The notes under the pieces: model-generated
The model's database searches: none
What the model was told of the DNA's origin: nothing
The model's input: the letters and a program-made list of their open reading frames with translations, nothing else
Translations under genes and position numbers: made by a program
Shown here: one piece after another, positions 9,915 through 18,441 of the stretch
Position numbering within the stretch: position 1 is the stretch's first letter
How the letters are laid out: each line of letters starts with the position of its first letter
Assembly: GCA_017516865.1 (NCBI GenBank)
Contig: JAFXAU010000026.1
Coordinates: 5,220-69,219, forward strand
DNA: 64,000 bases
Direction of reading: 5' to 3'
From: Bacteroidales bacterium
GTDB taxonomy: Bacteria; Bacteroidota; Bacteroidia; Bacteroidales; UBA1715

Positions 9915-12194
9915 ATGAAAAAGTTTTTGTTATTGGTCTTGATTTCTTTTTGTTGGATGAGTGTATGGGCTACTGATAATTTAAAATTTAGGTTTGATGA
10001 CAATTCTAATACAGCAACTGTAATAGGGTGTCTTTCTGGATATGCAGAGACTCTTATTATTCCAGAAACAGTGTCATATTCTGGTAAAATTTATACTGTT
10101 ACTTCTGTCGATCCTGACGTATTCTCGGATTTGTTTTTTGTTGAAACTATCACTATGCCAGAAAACTTAGATGTATCAGAAGCTTCACTGTATTTATACC
10201 CTGTGAATGAAGAGAATAAAAATATTTCCTATCATGTACTGAATGGACAAGAAATTGAACCAAGTGGACAAATTTATGTAGGGGGTAGTAGTCTACTAGA
10301 AATAAACACAACAACAATAACCGCAGGAAATACGTTTTCTGTAGTACCATTTCAAAAAGAAGTTGACCAGTGGGAATGGATTATTCCTGAAAACTGGGTT
10401 TCGCAAGAATTGATAAAAAAAGCACACAGTTCTTTATACTTTCAAAAAGACGGACTTCGTTATCGAATAATAAATGAAAGCGAAGTATCTGTTGCGTATT
10501 TTGGGGAAGATGTAATGCCTCGTCGTTCAGAATATAAAGGAGATATTGTAATACCCGGTACGATAACAACTTCCCAAGGAAACACGTTTCAAGTAACTTC
10601 AATTGATGAAGGTGCATTTTGTGATGAATCGGTACCTTATGAGTGGGGACCAGTTTACGAAGAAGGTAGTGGAGTGACATCTATAACATTTCCTGACAAT
10701 TTAAAAGGAATCAATACTGCAGGCATACATTTTAGAAAAAATGGCATTTGGTATCGAGTCTTGAATAACAATGATGTTTGTGTTGCTTTTTCTCCGTCGT
10801 ACACGGGTGATCTTATAATTCCAAGTACAGTGAGTGCGGGAAATACATTTACAGTTAAATCAATTGCACAATATGCTTTCGCATCTTGTAGTGGGGTAAG
10901 TTCAATAACAATACCAGAGTCGGTTACAAGTATCGGAGATGATGCATTTAGGGGTTGCAGTAATTTATCTTCTGCTACATTTGGAAATGTTGATGTTTCA
11001 AGGTCTGGCTTAACTTTCACAAAAAACAATATCACCTATCAGGTGTTGTCTAACAGCGAAGTGGCTGTAAGTGGATCAGAATCAACCATAACAGATGTAA
11101 GTATTCCTAATACGTTGACCGCAGGAAATATATTTGTCGTAAAATCTATTTACAAAAATGCCTTTGCAAATTGTAAAAACATAGAAACCGTAACAATTCC
11201 AGACAACATGGACGTATCAAAGTCTGGATTAACTTTCACAAAAGACAATATCACCTATAAGTTGTTGTCTAATAGTGAAGTGGCAGTATGTGGAGCAGAA
11301 TCAACTATAACAGATGTAACGATTCCAAGTACGATAACGGCAGGAATGTCTTTTTCTGTTAATTCTATAGAAGAGAATGCTTTTAAGAATTGTACTAGTT
11401 TAGCTTCAATTACTATTCCAAGTAGTGTTACTTCTATTGGTGGAAATGCTTTTTCTGGATGTTCCAAGTTAGCCAAAGTAACATGTTTAGCAACTACGCC
11501 ACCAGATGCGTCTGCAAAAACTTTCGAGAATTATAATGGCTACTTGTACATTCCATGTGAGAGCAAAGATGATTACGATATAGATGCCTGCTGGGGTTCA
11601 TTTAAGCACGTGGAATGTATTGGTTCCGAAACAGTGGAATTAACAAAAGACGAAGTAAAAGTTGAGCCAGAGAAAACCGAGGCGATATTTTCTATGCCAA
11701 TCAACGAATCGGCTAATTCCTACACGCTTACCATTCAAAACAACGGCGTAACGTTTTGCACACTCTCGTTCAACGCACAAGGACAGTTGGCAAACATAGA
11801 TTTCTCTACAACAAAGAGTTACGAATTAAAGGCAGATGTGGCAGGCTTCAAATTTACGGTAACAGGTCTCTCAACGGCAGAAGACTACGGCTATTCTTTC
11901 AAGGCATTGGCATCAAACAAATCCGTGCTTAAAGAATACACTGGCACGTTCACAACCAAAAACGAAGACGGCACAGGTGGTAGCGTTCAAGGTGGCGGAG
12001 AAGGCACGTTGGCTGTAGAGGCAGTTTCCAATAGTACGGCTGTTACAGTCGTAAACGCTCAAATCCTTGTAAATGGCGAAGCACCAGCATTCGTGGTAAC
12101 CGTTTCAGGTCAAAAAATTGCAAATGCAAACCTCAAGGCTGGGGTGTATTTTGCTGTTGTAGATGGCGAAATGGTTGGCGTTTCGGTTCGGTAA
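9915..12194 (+). CDS. BspA-type leucine-rich-repeat surface protein with T9SS C-terminal sorting domain
   Basis: Signal peptide MKKFLLLVLISFCWMSVWA. Repeated units ITIPxSVTSIGxxAFxxCxxL. The C-terminus LKAGVYFAVVDGEMVGVSVR is Por-secretion-tail-like. Confidence 0.85.
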   Translation: MKKFLLLVLISFCWMSVWATDNLKFRFDDNSNTATVIGCLSGYAETLIIPETVSYSGKIYTVTSVDPDVFSDLFFVETITMPENLDVSEASLYLYPVNEENKNISYHVLNGQEIEPSGQIYVGGSSLLEINTTTITAGNTFSVVPFQKEVDQWEWIIPENWVSQELIKKAHSSLYFQKDGLRYRIINESEVSVAYFGEDVMPRRSEYKGDIVIPGTITTSQGNTFQVTSIDEGAFCDESVPYEWGPVYEEGSGVTSITFPDNLKGINTAGIHFRKNGIWYRVLNNNDVCVAFSPSYTGDLIIPSTVSAGNTFTVKSIAQYAFASCSGVSSITIPESVTSIGDDAFRGCSNLSSATFGNVDVSRSGLTFTKNNITYQVLSNSEVAVSGSESTITDVSIPNTLTAGNIFVVKSIYKNAFANCKNIETVTIPDNMDVSKSGLTFTKDNITYKLLSNSEVAVCGAESTITDVTIPSTITAGMSFSVNSIEENAFKNCTSLASITIPSSVTSIGGNAFSGCSKLAKVTCLATTPPDASAKTFENYNGYLYIPCESKDDYDIDACWGSFKHVECIGSETVELTKDEVKVEPEKTEAIFSMPINESANSYTLTIQNNGVTFCTLSFNAQGQLANIDFSTTKSYELKADVAGFKFTVTGLSTAEDYGYSFKALASNKSVLKEYTGTFTTKNEDGTGGSVQGGGEGTLAVEAVSNSTAVTVVNAQILVNGEAPAFVVTVSGQKIANANLKAGVYFAVVDGEMVGVSVR

Positions 12195-12197
12195 GGA

Positions 12198-12343
12198 GGT
12201 CTCTCTCTTCGCTCCGCTTCATTCGAGATGACGGGGCATAGAGGGGATAAAGGAAAGAAAAGGGAAAAATGCTCCGCATTTTTTCCCTTTCTTTTTCTTC
12301 TCCCTACCATAAAAGTGCTTTTTCGAGCGAAGCGAGAAATCTG
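12198..12343. repeat. MITE-like element built around a terminator hairpin (family shared with 42118-42266)
   Basis: Its arms (ctcttcgctccgcttcattcgagatgacgg and ttcgagcgaagcgagaaatctg) flank the hairpin GGGAAAAATGC..GCATTTTTTCCC at 12262-12287. The right arm matches ttccgaccgtagggaggaatctg at 42244-42266. Confidence 0.5.
12262..12300 (+). terminator. rho-independent terminator after the LRR gene
   Basis: 11-12 bp stem followed by tttctttttcttc. Confidence 0.6.
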
Positions 12344-12437
12344 TTTTTGTATTTCTCAAATTCAAAAAATCAGGAATCTTGCGGAATACGGAATAAATAC
12401 TATCTTTGGGCAACCAATTTATAAAGAGTAGTAATCT

Positions 12438-13349
12438 ATGAAAAATGAAATGGATTCAAGCCCAAAGAGCGAAATAATCTTGTATCAACCTAACGAAACG
12501 GTTTCGTTGGAAGTGCGAATGGAAAGCGAAACCGTATGGTTGAATCGTAACCAAATTGCTATGTTGTTTGGTCGTGACGTAAAAACCATAGGGAAACACA
12601 TTAATAATGCCCTACGTGAAGAGTTGCAAAACATGGCAACTGTCGCAAATTTTGCGACAGTTCAAAACGAAGGCGGACGTGTTGTAAAACGAAGTGTGGA
12701 ATATTACAATCTTGACATGGTTTTGTCTGTAGGTTATCGTGTTAAATCGCCACAGGGTGTATTATTTCGTCAGTGGGCGAACAAAGTTCTAAAAGAATAT
12801 ATGTTGCGCGGATATTCGATAAATCAGCGTTTTGAACGATTGGAACAACGTGTAGCCCAAACAGAAAACAAGATAGATTTCTTCGTCCGTACTTCACTGC
12901 CACCAGTTGAAGGACTGATGCACGAAGGACAGATTTTCGACGCCCGTGTCTGCGTTGAGAATCTTATAAAACAGGCAAAGCGGGAAGTTATAATGATTGA
13001 TGGCTACGTTGACGCTGCAACGTTTGAAATTCTTGACGTTCGGCAGAAAGACGTTTCGGCAACGATTTATACGGAACGGGTTGGAGAATCATTGTTGAGA
13101 ATCAAGGAATTGCACGATTCGCAATATCCCGATAAAACTATAGAATTGAAAAAATATGCCGAGAATTTCCATGACCGTTTTCTCATAATTGACGACGTGG
13201 TCTATCATTTTGGAGCAAGTTTCAAAGATTTGGGCAACCGCCTGTTCGCATTCAACAAAATGGGGTTGGACAAGAATCTGATTCTTTCGGCTGTGAAAGA
13301 AAAATTTGAGAAACCGAAGGTGTTTCGGTATGGTAATCACTACGCATAA
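12438..13349 (+). CDS. RhuM-family DNA-binding/virulence-associated protein (full length)
   Basis: 303 aa. The N-terminus SEIILYQPNETVSLEVR..VWLNRNQIAMLFGRDVKTIGKHINN and YNLDMVLSVGYRVKS are typical of the RhuM family. Own TAtcTTTG box upstream. Confidence 0.75.
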   Translation: MKNEMDSSPKSEIILYQPNETVSLEVRMESETVWLNRNQIAMLFGRDVKTIGKHINNALREELQNMATVANFATVQNEGGRVVKRSVEYYNLDMVLSVGYRVKSPQGVLFRQWANKVLKEYMLRGYSINQRFERLEQRVAQTENKIDFFVRTSLPPVEGLMHEGQIFDARVCVENLIKQAKREVIMIDGYVDAATFEILDVRQKDVSATIYTERVGESLLRIKELHDSQYPDKTIELKKYAENFHDRFLIIDDVVYHFGASFKDLGNRLFAFNKMGLDKNLILSAVKEKFEKPKVFRYGNHYA

Positions 13350-13367
13350 AATCGTATTTTTAATATA

Positions 13368-13388
13368 AACCCACCAAATAGGTAGGTT
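13368..13388 (+). promoter_or_regulatory. 21-nt palindromic site AACCcA-N9-TAGGTT upstream of the cysD promoter
   Basis: aacccaccaaataggtaggtt. It ends 16 nt upstream of the TAcaTTTG -7 box at 13405-13412 and lies inside the duplicated RhuM module. Confidence 0.45.
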
Positions 13389-13432
13389 ATTTGCAAAATA
13401 TCCGTACATTTGCAATAGTAATTTATTGAAAT

Positions 13433-14326
13433 ATGAAAACGCATTTACAAGAACTTGAGGCAGAATCGATTTACATTCTTCGCGAGGTGGCGGCACAGTT
13501 CCAACGACCGGCAATCTTGTTTTCGGGGGGAAAGGACTCGATTGTGGTTACTCATTTGGCTTACAAGGCATTTTATCCTGCAAAGTTGCCGTTCCCGCTC
13601 GTGCATATTGATACGGGACATAATTTTCAGGAAACGCTCGATTATCGTGACGCATTGGTCAAAAAACTTGGTGCCGAACTGATTGTAGGTTCGGTGCAGG
13701 AATCAATCGACACGGGCAGGGTGAAGGAGGAGACTGGCTACAATGCGAGTCGTAACGCGTTGCAAACCACCACATTGCTCGATACTATAGAAAAATACAA
13801 GTTCGATGCCTGCATTGGCGGCGCACGCCGTGACGAGGAAAAAGCCCGTGCCAAGGAACGTATTTTCTCGCACCGTGACGATTTCGGACAATGGAATCCT
13901 AAGAATCAGCGTCCAGAATTGTGGAACATATTCAACGGACGCAAAAATATGGGCGAACATTTCCGCGTGTTCCCCATCAGCAACTGGACCGAAATGGACG
14001 TCTGGCAGTATATTTTACAGGAAAAGATAGAATTGCCGTCGTTGTACTATACGCACAAACGAAAGGTTTTCCAACGCGACGGACAGTGGCTCGCAGCCGA
14101 AGACTGCATCAAACGGAAACCCGACGAGGTTGTGGTTGAAAAAGAAGTCCGTTGCCGCACGATTGGCGATATCACGTGTACGGGGCTGACGCTTTCCACG
14201 GCTCATTCTCTCGAAGATATTGTTGCCGAAATTGCCGCCACACGCGTCACCGAGCGTGGTGGTCGTGCCGACGACAAACGGAGCGAAACAGCAATGGAGG
14301 ACAGAAAAAAATTAGGTTATTTTTAG
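13433..14326 (+). CDS. cysD: sulfate adenylyltransferase subunit 2 CysD
   Basis: 297 aa with PP-loop FSGGKDS. Followed by the GTPase subunit gene. Confidence 0.9.
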   Translation: MKTHLQELEAESIYILREVAAQFQRPAILFSGGKDSIVVTHLAYKAFYPAKLPFPLVHIDTGHNFQETLDYRDALVKKLGAELIVGSVQESIDTGRVKEETGYNASRNALQTTTLLDTIEKYKFDACIGGARRDEEKARAKERIFSHRDDFGQWNPKNQRPELWNIFNGRKNMGEHFRVFPISNWTEMDVWQYILQEKIELPSLYYTHKRKVFQRDGQWLAAEDCIKRKPDEVVVEKEVRCRTIGDITCTGLTLSTAHSLEDIVAEIAATRVTERGGRADDKRSETAMEDRKKLGYF

Positions 14327-14353
14327 TAGAGACGCGATTAATCGCGTCTCTAC
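14326..14353. repeat. 28-nt perfect palindrome GTAGAGACGCGATTAATCGCGTCTCTAC (copy 1)
   Basis: Exact 14+14 palindrome in the cysD-cysN spacer; its first base is the last base of the cysD stop codon. Confidence 0.9.
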
Positions 14354-14359
14354 AATTAA

Positions 14360-15646
14360 ATGAAGAAAAAATTACGAAAAATGAACAACGGATATTTGGA
14401 TATGCAGCTGCTCCGTTTTACAACGGCTGGCAGTGTTGACGATGGTAAAAGCACGTTGATTGGGCGTTTGCTCTACGACAGCAAATCTATTTTCGAAGAC
14501 CAGATGGAAGCGGTTGAAACTGCCTCGAAAAGTCGTGGAAACGAGGAAGTTAACCTTGCATTGCTCACCGACGGACTCCGTGCCGAACGTGAGCAGGGAA
14601 TCACCATCGATGTGGCGTACCGCTATTTTGCCACGCCAAAGCGTAAATTCATCATTGCCGACACGCCGGGGCATATCGAGTACACGAGAAATATGGTTAC
14701 GGGAGCATCTACAGCCGATTTGGCGGTGATTCTGGTCGATGCCCGACATGGCATTATGGAGCAGACTATCCGACACTCGTATGTCGCTGCGTTGCTGGCT
14801 ATCAAGCAGATAGTGGTGTGCGTGAACAAAATGGATTTAGTTGATTTTTCGCAAGAAGTTTTCGATAAAATTGTGGGTGACTACAAGCAGATGTCGGCTC
14901 ATTTACCCATTGGCAAAGTCGATTTTATTCCGATTTCTGCAAAAATGGGCGACAACGTGGTGAATCAGTCGGAAAATATGTCGTGGTATAAGGGGAAACC
15001 GCTTCTTGAATTTTTGGAAACAGTTGACCTTCAACTTGATACGGAAAATAAATTTAGAATGGCGGTGCAATATGTCATTCGACCAATATCGGACAAATTT
15101 GCTGATTTTCGAGGATACGCAGGTCGTGTTGCGAGTGGAAAAATCACAGTGGGAGAGAAGATTGCCGTTTTGCCGTCGGGACAGAAATCCGAAGTCGCTT
15201 CCTTATGGTTGGCCGACAAGGAGTTGACCGAAGCGTCGGCTGGCGATTCCGTTACCATTTGTTTGAAAGACGACATTGACATCAGCCGCGGCGATGTGCT
15301 TTGTACCGACAATGGACAAGTTCCCGAAGTTGGACAGGCAGTGTCGATGAACATTTGCTGGTTCCGCGAAACACCGTTGCAATTGGGCAAACGCTACATC
15401 ATCCGTCATGCGACACAGGAAGTGGTTGGAATGTTTAAGGCAATCGACTACAAAATCGATATCAATTCACAAGATAAGATAACTGGCGTCAATCAGTTGA
15501 CAATGAATGATATAGCATACGTGCAGCTGAAAACTGCCAGCCCGCTGGTTTTCGAACCATATCATACCAATAAGGTTATGGGCAGCGTGATAGTTGTTGA
15601 CCCCGACACGAACGACACGCTGGGGGCAGGAATGATTGAGAATTAA
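14360..15646 (+). CDS. cysN: sulfate adenylyltransferase subunit 1 CysN (GTPase), no fused APS kinase
   Basis: G1 GSVDDGKST, G3 DTPGH, G4 NKMD. The start is uncertain (ATG 14360, 14381 or 14402). Confidence 0.9.
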   Translation: MKKKLRKMNNGYLDMQLLRFTTAGSVDDGKSTLIGRLLYDSKSIFEDQMEAVETASKSRGNEEVNLALLTDGLRAEREQGITIDVAYRYFATPKRKFIIADTPGHIEYTRNMVTGASTADLAVILVDARHGIMEQTIRHSYVAALLAIKQIVVCVNKMDLVDFSQEVFDKIVGDYKQMSAHLPIGKVDFIPISAKMGDNVVNQSENMSWYKGKPLLEFLETVDLQLDTENKFRMAVQYVIRPISDKFADFRGYAGRVASGKITVGEKIAVLPSGQKSEVASLWLADKELTEASAGDSVTICLKDDIDISRGDVLCTDNGQVPEVGQAVSMNICWFRETPLQLGKRYIIRHATQEVVGMFKAIDYKIDINSQDKITGVNQLTMNDIAYVQLKTASPLVFEPYHTNKVMGSVIVVDPDTNDTLGAGMIEN

Positions 15647-15667
15647 GAAGTATGAATTAGAAATTAT

Positions 15668-15695
15668 GTAGAGACGCGATTAATCGCGTCTCTAC
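15668..15695. repeat. 28-nt perfect palindrome (copy 2)
   Basis: Identical to copy 1; lies in the cysN-cysH spacer. Confidence 0.9.
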
Positions 15696-15713
15696 GGTAA
15701 ATAATTAAAAGTC

Positions 15714-16409
15714 ATGGATATACAATCATTAAATGCGCAATTTGCCCATTCATCGGCAGAAGAGGTCTTGGCGTTTTTTCTTAATGAATACAAAGGTGCA
15801 ATCGCCCTTTCGTCAAGTTTGAGTTACGAAGACCAGGTGTTGACAGATATGATTTGTGAGATAGACAAGTCAACGAGGATTTTCACGCTCGACACGGGTC
15901 GTTGTTTTCCTGAGACGTATTCGCTCATTGAGCGCACCAACGAACGATACGGCATAAAACTGGAAGTCTATTTTCCTGATTATCAGAATGTTCAAAAAAT
16001 GGTTGCCGAACATGGCGTGAATTTGTTTTACGGCAGTGTGGAACTGCGTCATTTGTGTTGTAATGTGCGTAAAATAGAGCCTTTGCAACGGGCACTCAAA
16101 GGTCTGAAAGTTTGGATTTGCGGTCTTCGCCGTGAACAGAGCGTTACTCGAAAGGATATGCAGCTTGTGGAGTGGGATGCCAACAACAACCTTGTGAAGC
16201 TTAATCCGCTTATTCACTGGACCGAAGACGAAGTGAAAGCGTATGTGAAACAACATAGCGTGCCATATAACAAGTTGCACGACAAAGGATTTCCGTCAAT
16301 CGGCTGCCAGCCATGTACCCGTGCCGTTGAACCGGGCGAGGACATCCGCTCCGGCCGCTGGTGGTGGGAGAATCCCGAACATCGGGAGTGCGGGTTGCAC
16401 AGGAGGTGA
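15714..16409 (+). CDS. cysH: adenylyl-/phosphoadenylyl-sulfate reductase CysH (Fe-S APS-reductase type)
   Basis: C-terminal redox motif ECGLH. Extra cysteine pairs, CC (HLCCNVRK) and CxxC (GCQPCT), as in cluster-containing APS reductases. Confidence 0.88.
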   Translation: MDIQSLNAQFAHSSAEEVLAFFLNEYKGAIALSSSLSYEDQVLTDMICEIDKSTRIFTLDTGRCFPETYSLIERTNERYGIKLEVYFPDYQNVQKMVAEHGVNLFYGSVELRHLCCNVRKIEPLQRALKGLKVWICGLRREQSVTRKDMQLVEWDANNNLVKLNPLIHWTEDEVKAYVKQHSVPYNKLHDKGFPSIGCQPCTRAVEPGEDIRSGRWWWENPEHRECGLHRR

Positions 16410-16450
16410 TACCATACTTTTCCTGTGGTATAAAATCTTTGATATACTTG

Positions 16451-17308
16451 ATGGTAAGAGACTATTCAACATACGGCCCTGCATATCGTAATTTCAAGGT
16501 TAGGGATGGTGTGTATGTCCCTGAGCCTGATGTGGATTTTTCAGGTGAAAATCCGTTTACAAGGATGGCCCCCATACGCGGTAAAAATAAGAATATCAAA
16601 TTTGATGAGACGTACACCTATCTTGACAAATCACTGAAATTCAAAATATTACATTTTGCCATTTATCTGTTTGCTTGGACTGTGGCGTTCCCGATAAATC
16701 GAATCAGGTATGGTCTTAAGATTGAGGGCAGAGAGAAAATCCGTCGCAACCGCAAACTCATCGCCAACGGCGTGATGACTGTCTGCAACCATGTTCACCG
16801 TTGGGATATGATATGCGTTATGCAGGCAATGCGCTTCCGCAAGGCATGGATTCCTATGTATTCGCAGCCCTTCAACGGCAAAGACGGCTTCGTAATGAAA
16901 GCCGTTGGCGGCATTGCAATTCCTGATGAGTACAGCGGTCTTGCAAAGTTTGCCGGTGCTTTGGACGAACTGCATAAAGCCAAGCAGTGGATACACATTT
17001 TCCCGGAAAGTTGCAGTTGGAAATTCTACGCGCCTCTTCGGCCTTTCAAAATAGGAGCTTTTAATATGGCTTACAGATATTCGCTTCCTGTAATGCCGAT
17101 GGTGATTTCTTTCAGGCCTCGCACGGGCTGGCGCAGGTTTATCAGCAAAAACGATCCATTGCTTACCATTCATGTGGGCGACCCGATTGTTCCCAATCCT
17201 AAAGCGTCGCGAAGGGATGAACCCGCGCGAATGCGTGACATTGCACACAAGACGATGCTTGACATGGCGGGCATTGTCTCTAACCCTTGGCCGTCAGGCA
17301 TAGATTGA
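16451..17308 (+). CDS. glsA: lysophospholipid/1-acyl-glycerol-3-phosphate-type O-acyltransferase (glsA-like)
   Basis: HX4D motif NHVHRWD. The ORF opens at 16361, but its first 30 codons overlap cysH in another frame, so ATG 16451 is preferred. Adjacent to an N-acyltransferase gene, as in the Bacteroidales glycine-lipid locus. Confidence 0.65.
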   Translation: MVRDYSTYGPAYRNFKVRDGVYVPEPDVDFSGENPFTRMAPIRGKNKNIKFDETYTYLDKSLKFKILHFAIYLFAWTVAFPINRIRYGLKIEGREKIRRNRKLIANGVMTVCNHVHRWDMICVMQAMRFRKAWIPMYSQPFNGKDGFVMKAVGGIAIPDEYSGLAKFAGALDELHKAKQWIHIFPESCSWKFYAPLRPFKIGAFNMAYRYSLPVMPMVISFRPRTGWRRFISKNDPLLTIHVGDPIVPNPKASRRDEPARMRDIAHKTMLDMAGIVSNPWPSGID

Positions 17309-17320
17309 AACTTTTCCAGT

Positions 17321-18370
17321 ATGAATGCTATTATTGATCCCGTACCAGTTGAACTGATTAAGGCGGAACTCACAAAATCGAAGAAACTGCAAGACACGAA
17401 CAAGGGGCACAACGAGCTCTATATTGTTACATGGCAGGATTCCCCAAATGTTGTTACTGAAATAGGCCGGCTGCGTGAAGTTGCTTTCCGCCAGGCAGGC
17501 GGTTCCACAGGCAACGCCGTTGACCTTGATGAGTACGACAAGATGGAAAACCCGTATAAGCAACTGATTGTCTGGGACCCAGACAACGAGGTGATTATCG
17601 GCGGTTACCGTTTTCTTTTGGGGGCGGATGCCGCGTTTGACGAGAACGGTCAGCCGATTTTGGCAAGCTCGCACCAGTTCCGCTTCTCGCAGAAGTTTAT
17701 CGACAACTATCTGCCATACGCCATTGAACTCGGACGCAATTTTGTCGCACCTGAGTACCAGAGTTCCCGAAACGGTGCAAATTCCATATTTGCATTTGAC
17801 AATTTATGGGACGGTCTCGTGGCCATTATTATGAAGAATCCCAAACTGTTGTATTTCTTCGGAAAGATTACCATATACCCGTCATACGACCATATTTCAA
17901 GAGATTTGATTTACCACTTTCTTTGGAAGCATTTCGGTGATAAAGAAGAACTTATCCGCCCTTGGGACGACCTTTCGATAATGCCAGATTCCGATTCCGA
18001 CCTGATGAACCTGATAGTGAATAAAGATGATCTTGTGGAAGATTTCAAGTTGCTGAAGGCTGCTGTCAGGATGCGGGGAGTGAACGTTCCGCCGAATGTT
18101 ACCGCATATATTTCAGCGTCTTCGCGGATGATGATGTTCGGCACGGCTGTTAACCGGCTGATGCACAATATTGAGGACACGGGAATACTTATTCCTTTCG
18201 ATGCAGTCTATCGTGAAAAGATGTGGCGTCATATAGGTGCGTATTTTAGGTCGGAACAGCGCAACAAGGCGGATCTTGCTGATTATGAAATTGAAAATCA
18301 AATGATTGAGCATTGGCTTAATCTGCGAAGGCGTAGAATTAGACGCCTGCTTAGAAAGTTGGGCAAGTAA
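17321..18370 (+). CDS. glsB: hemolysin/OlsB-like GNAT N-acyltransferase (glsB-like, N-acyl amino-acid lipid synthase)
   Basis: 349 aa. The N-terminal half (VTEIGRLREVAFRQAGGSTGN..DEYD) resembles the N-acyltransferases that make glycine/ornithine lipids. Confidence 0.6.
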   Translation: MNAIIDPVPVELIKAELTKSKKLQDTNKGHNELYIVTWQDSPNVVTEIGRLREVAFRQAGGSTGNAVDLDEYDKMENPYKQLIVWDPDNEVIIGGYRFLLGADAAFDENGQPILASSHQFRFSQKFIDNYLPYAIELGRNFVAPEYQSSRNGANSIFAFDNLWDGLVAIIMKNPKLLYFFGKITIYPSYDHISRDLIYHFLWKHFGDKEELIRPWDDLSIMPDSDSDLMNLIVNKDDLVEDFKLLKAAVRMRGVNVPPNVTAYISASSRMMMFGTAVNRLMHNIEDTGILIPFDAVYREKMWRHIGAYFRSEQRNKADLADYEIENQMIEHWLNLRRRRIRRLLRKLGK

Positions 18371-18386
18371 TTGGGATTGGTGTCAT

Positions 18387-18425
18387 AATCCCGAACACAG
18401 AGAGTGCGGGTTGCATAGAAGATAG
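18387..18425 (+). pseudogene. orphan duplicate of the cysH 3' terminus (NPEHRECGLHRR-stop)
   Basis: 31/39 nt identical to 16371-16409. All 8 differences are synonymous (CAT/CAC, CGG/AGA, CAC/CAT, AGG/AGA x2, TGA/TAG). Confidence 0.8.
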
Positions 18426-18441
18426 CATCCAACGAAAGACT

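Noticed and set aside
12110-12431. Three overlapping 64-67-aa ORFs between the LRR gene and RhuM
   Set aside because: They read through the MITE-like element and terminator hairpin on both strands, giving repeat-derived peptide strings.
13350-13432. Possible riboswitch leaders upstream of cysD, nadA, the SSF symporter and the radical SAM gene
   Set aside because: The leaders are short (under ~90 nt) and show no conserved riboswitch cores that I can recognise.
14326-14353. 28-nt palindromes considered as CRISPR repeats or as cloning scars (they contain GAGACG/CGTCTC Type IIS-like sites and ATTAAT)
   Set aside because: Copies are single and dispersed, with no spacer arrays or cas genes. The context is native operon spacers, so a REP-like element is the simpler reading.
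16361-16450. N-terminal extension of the acyltransferase ORF overlapping cysH
   Set aside because: It overlaps the conserved cysH C-terminus in another frame. An internal ATG at 16451 gives a normal-length HX4D acyltransferase.
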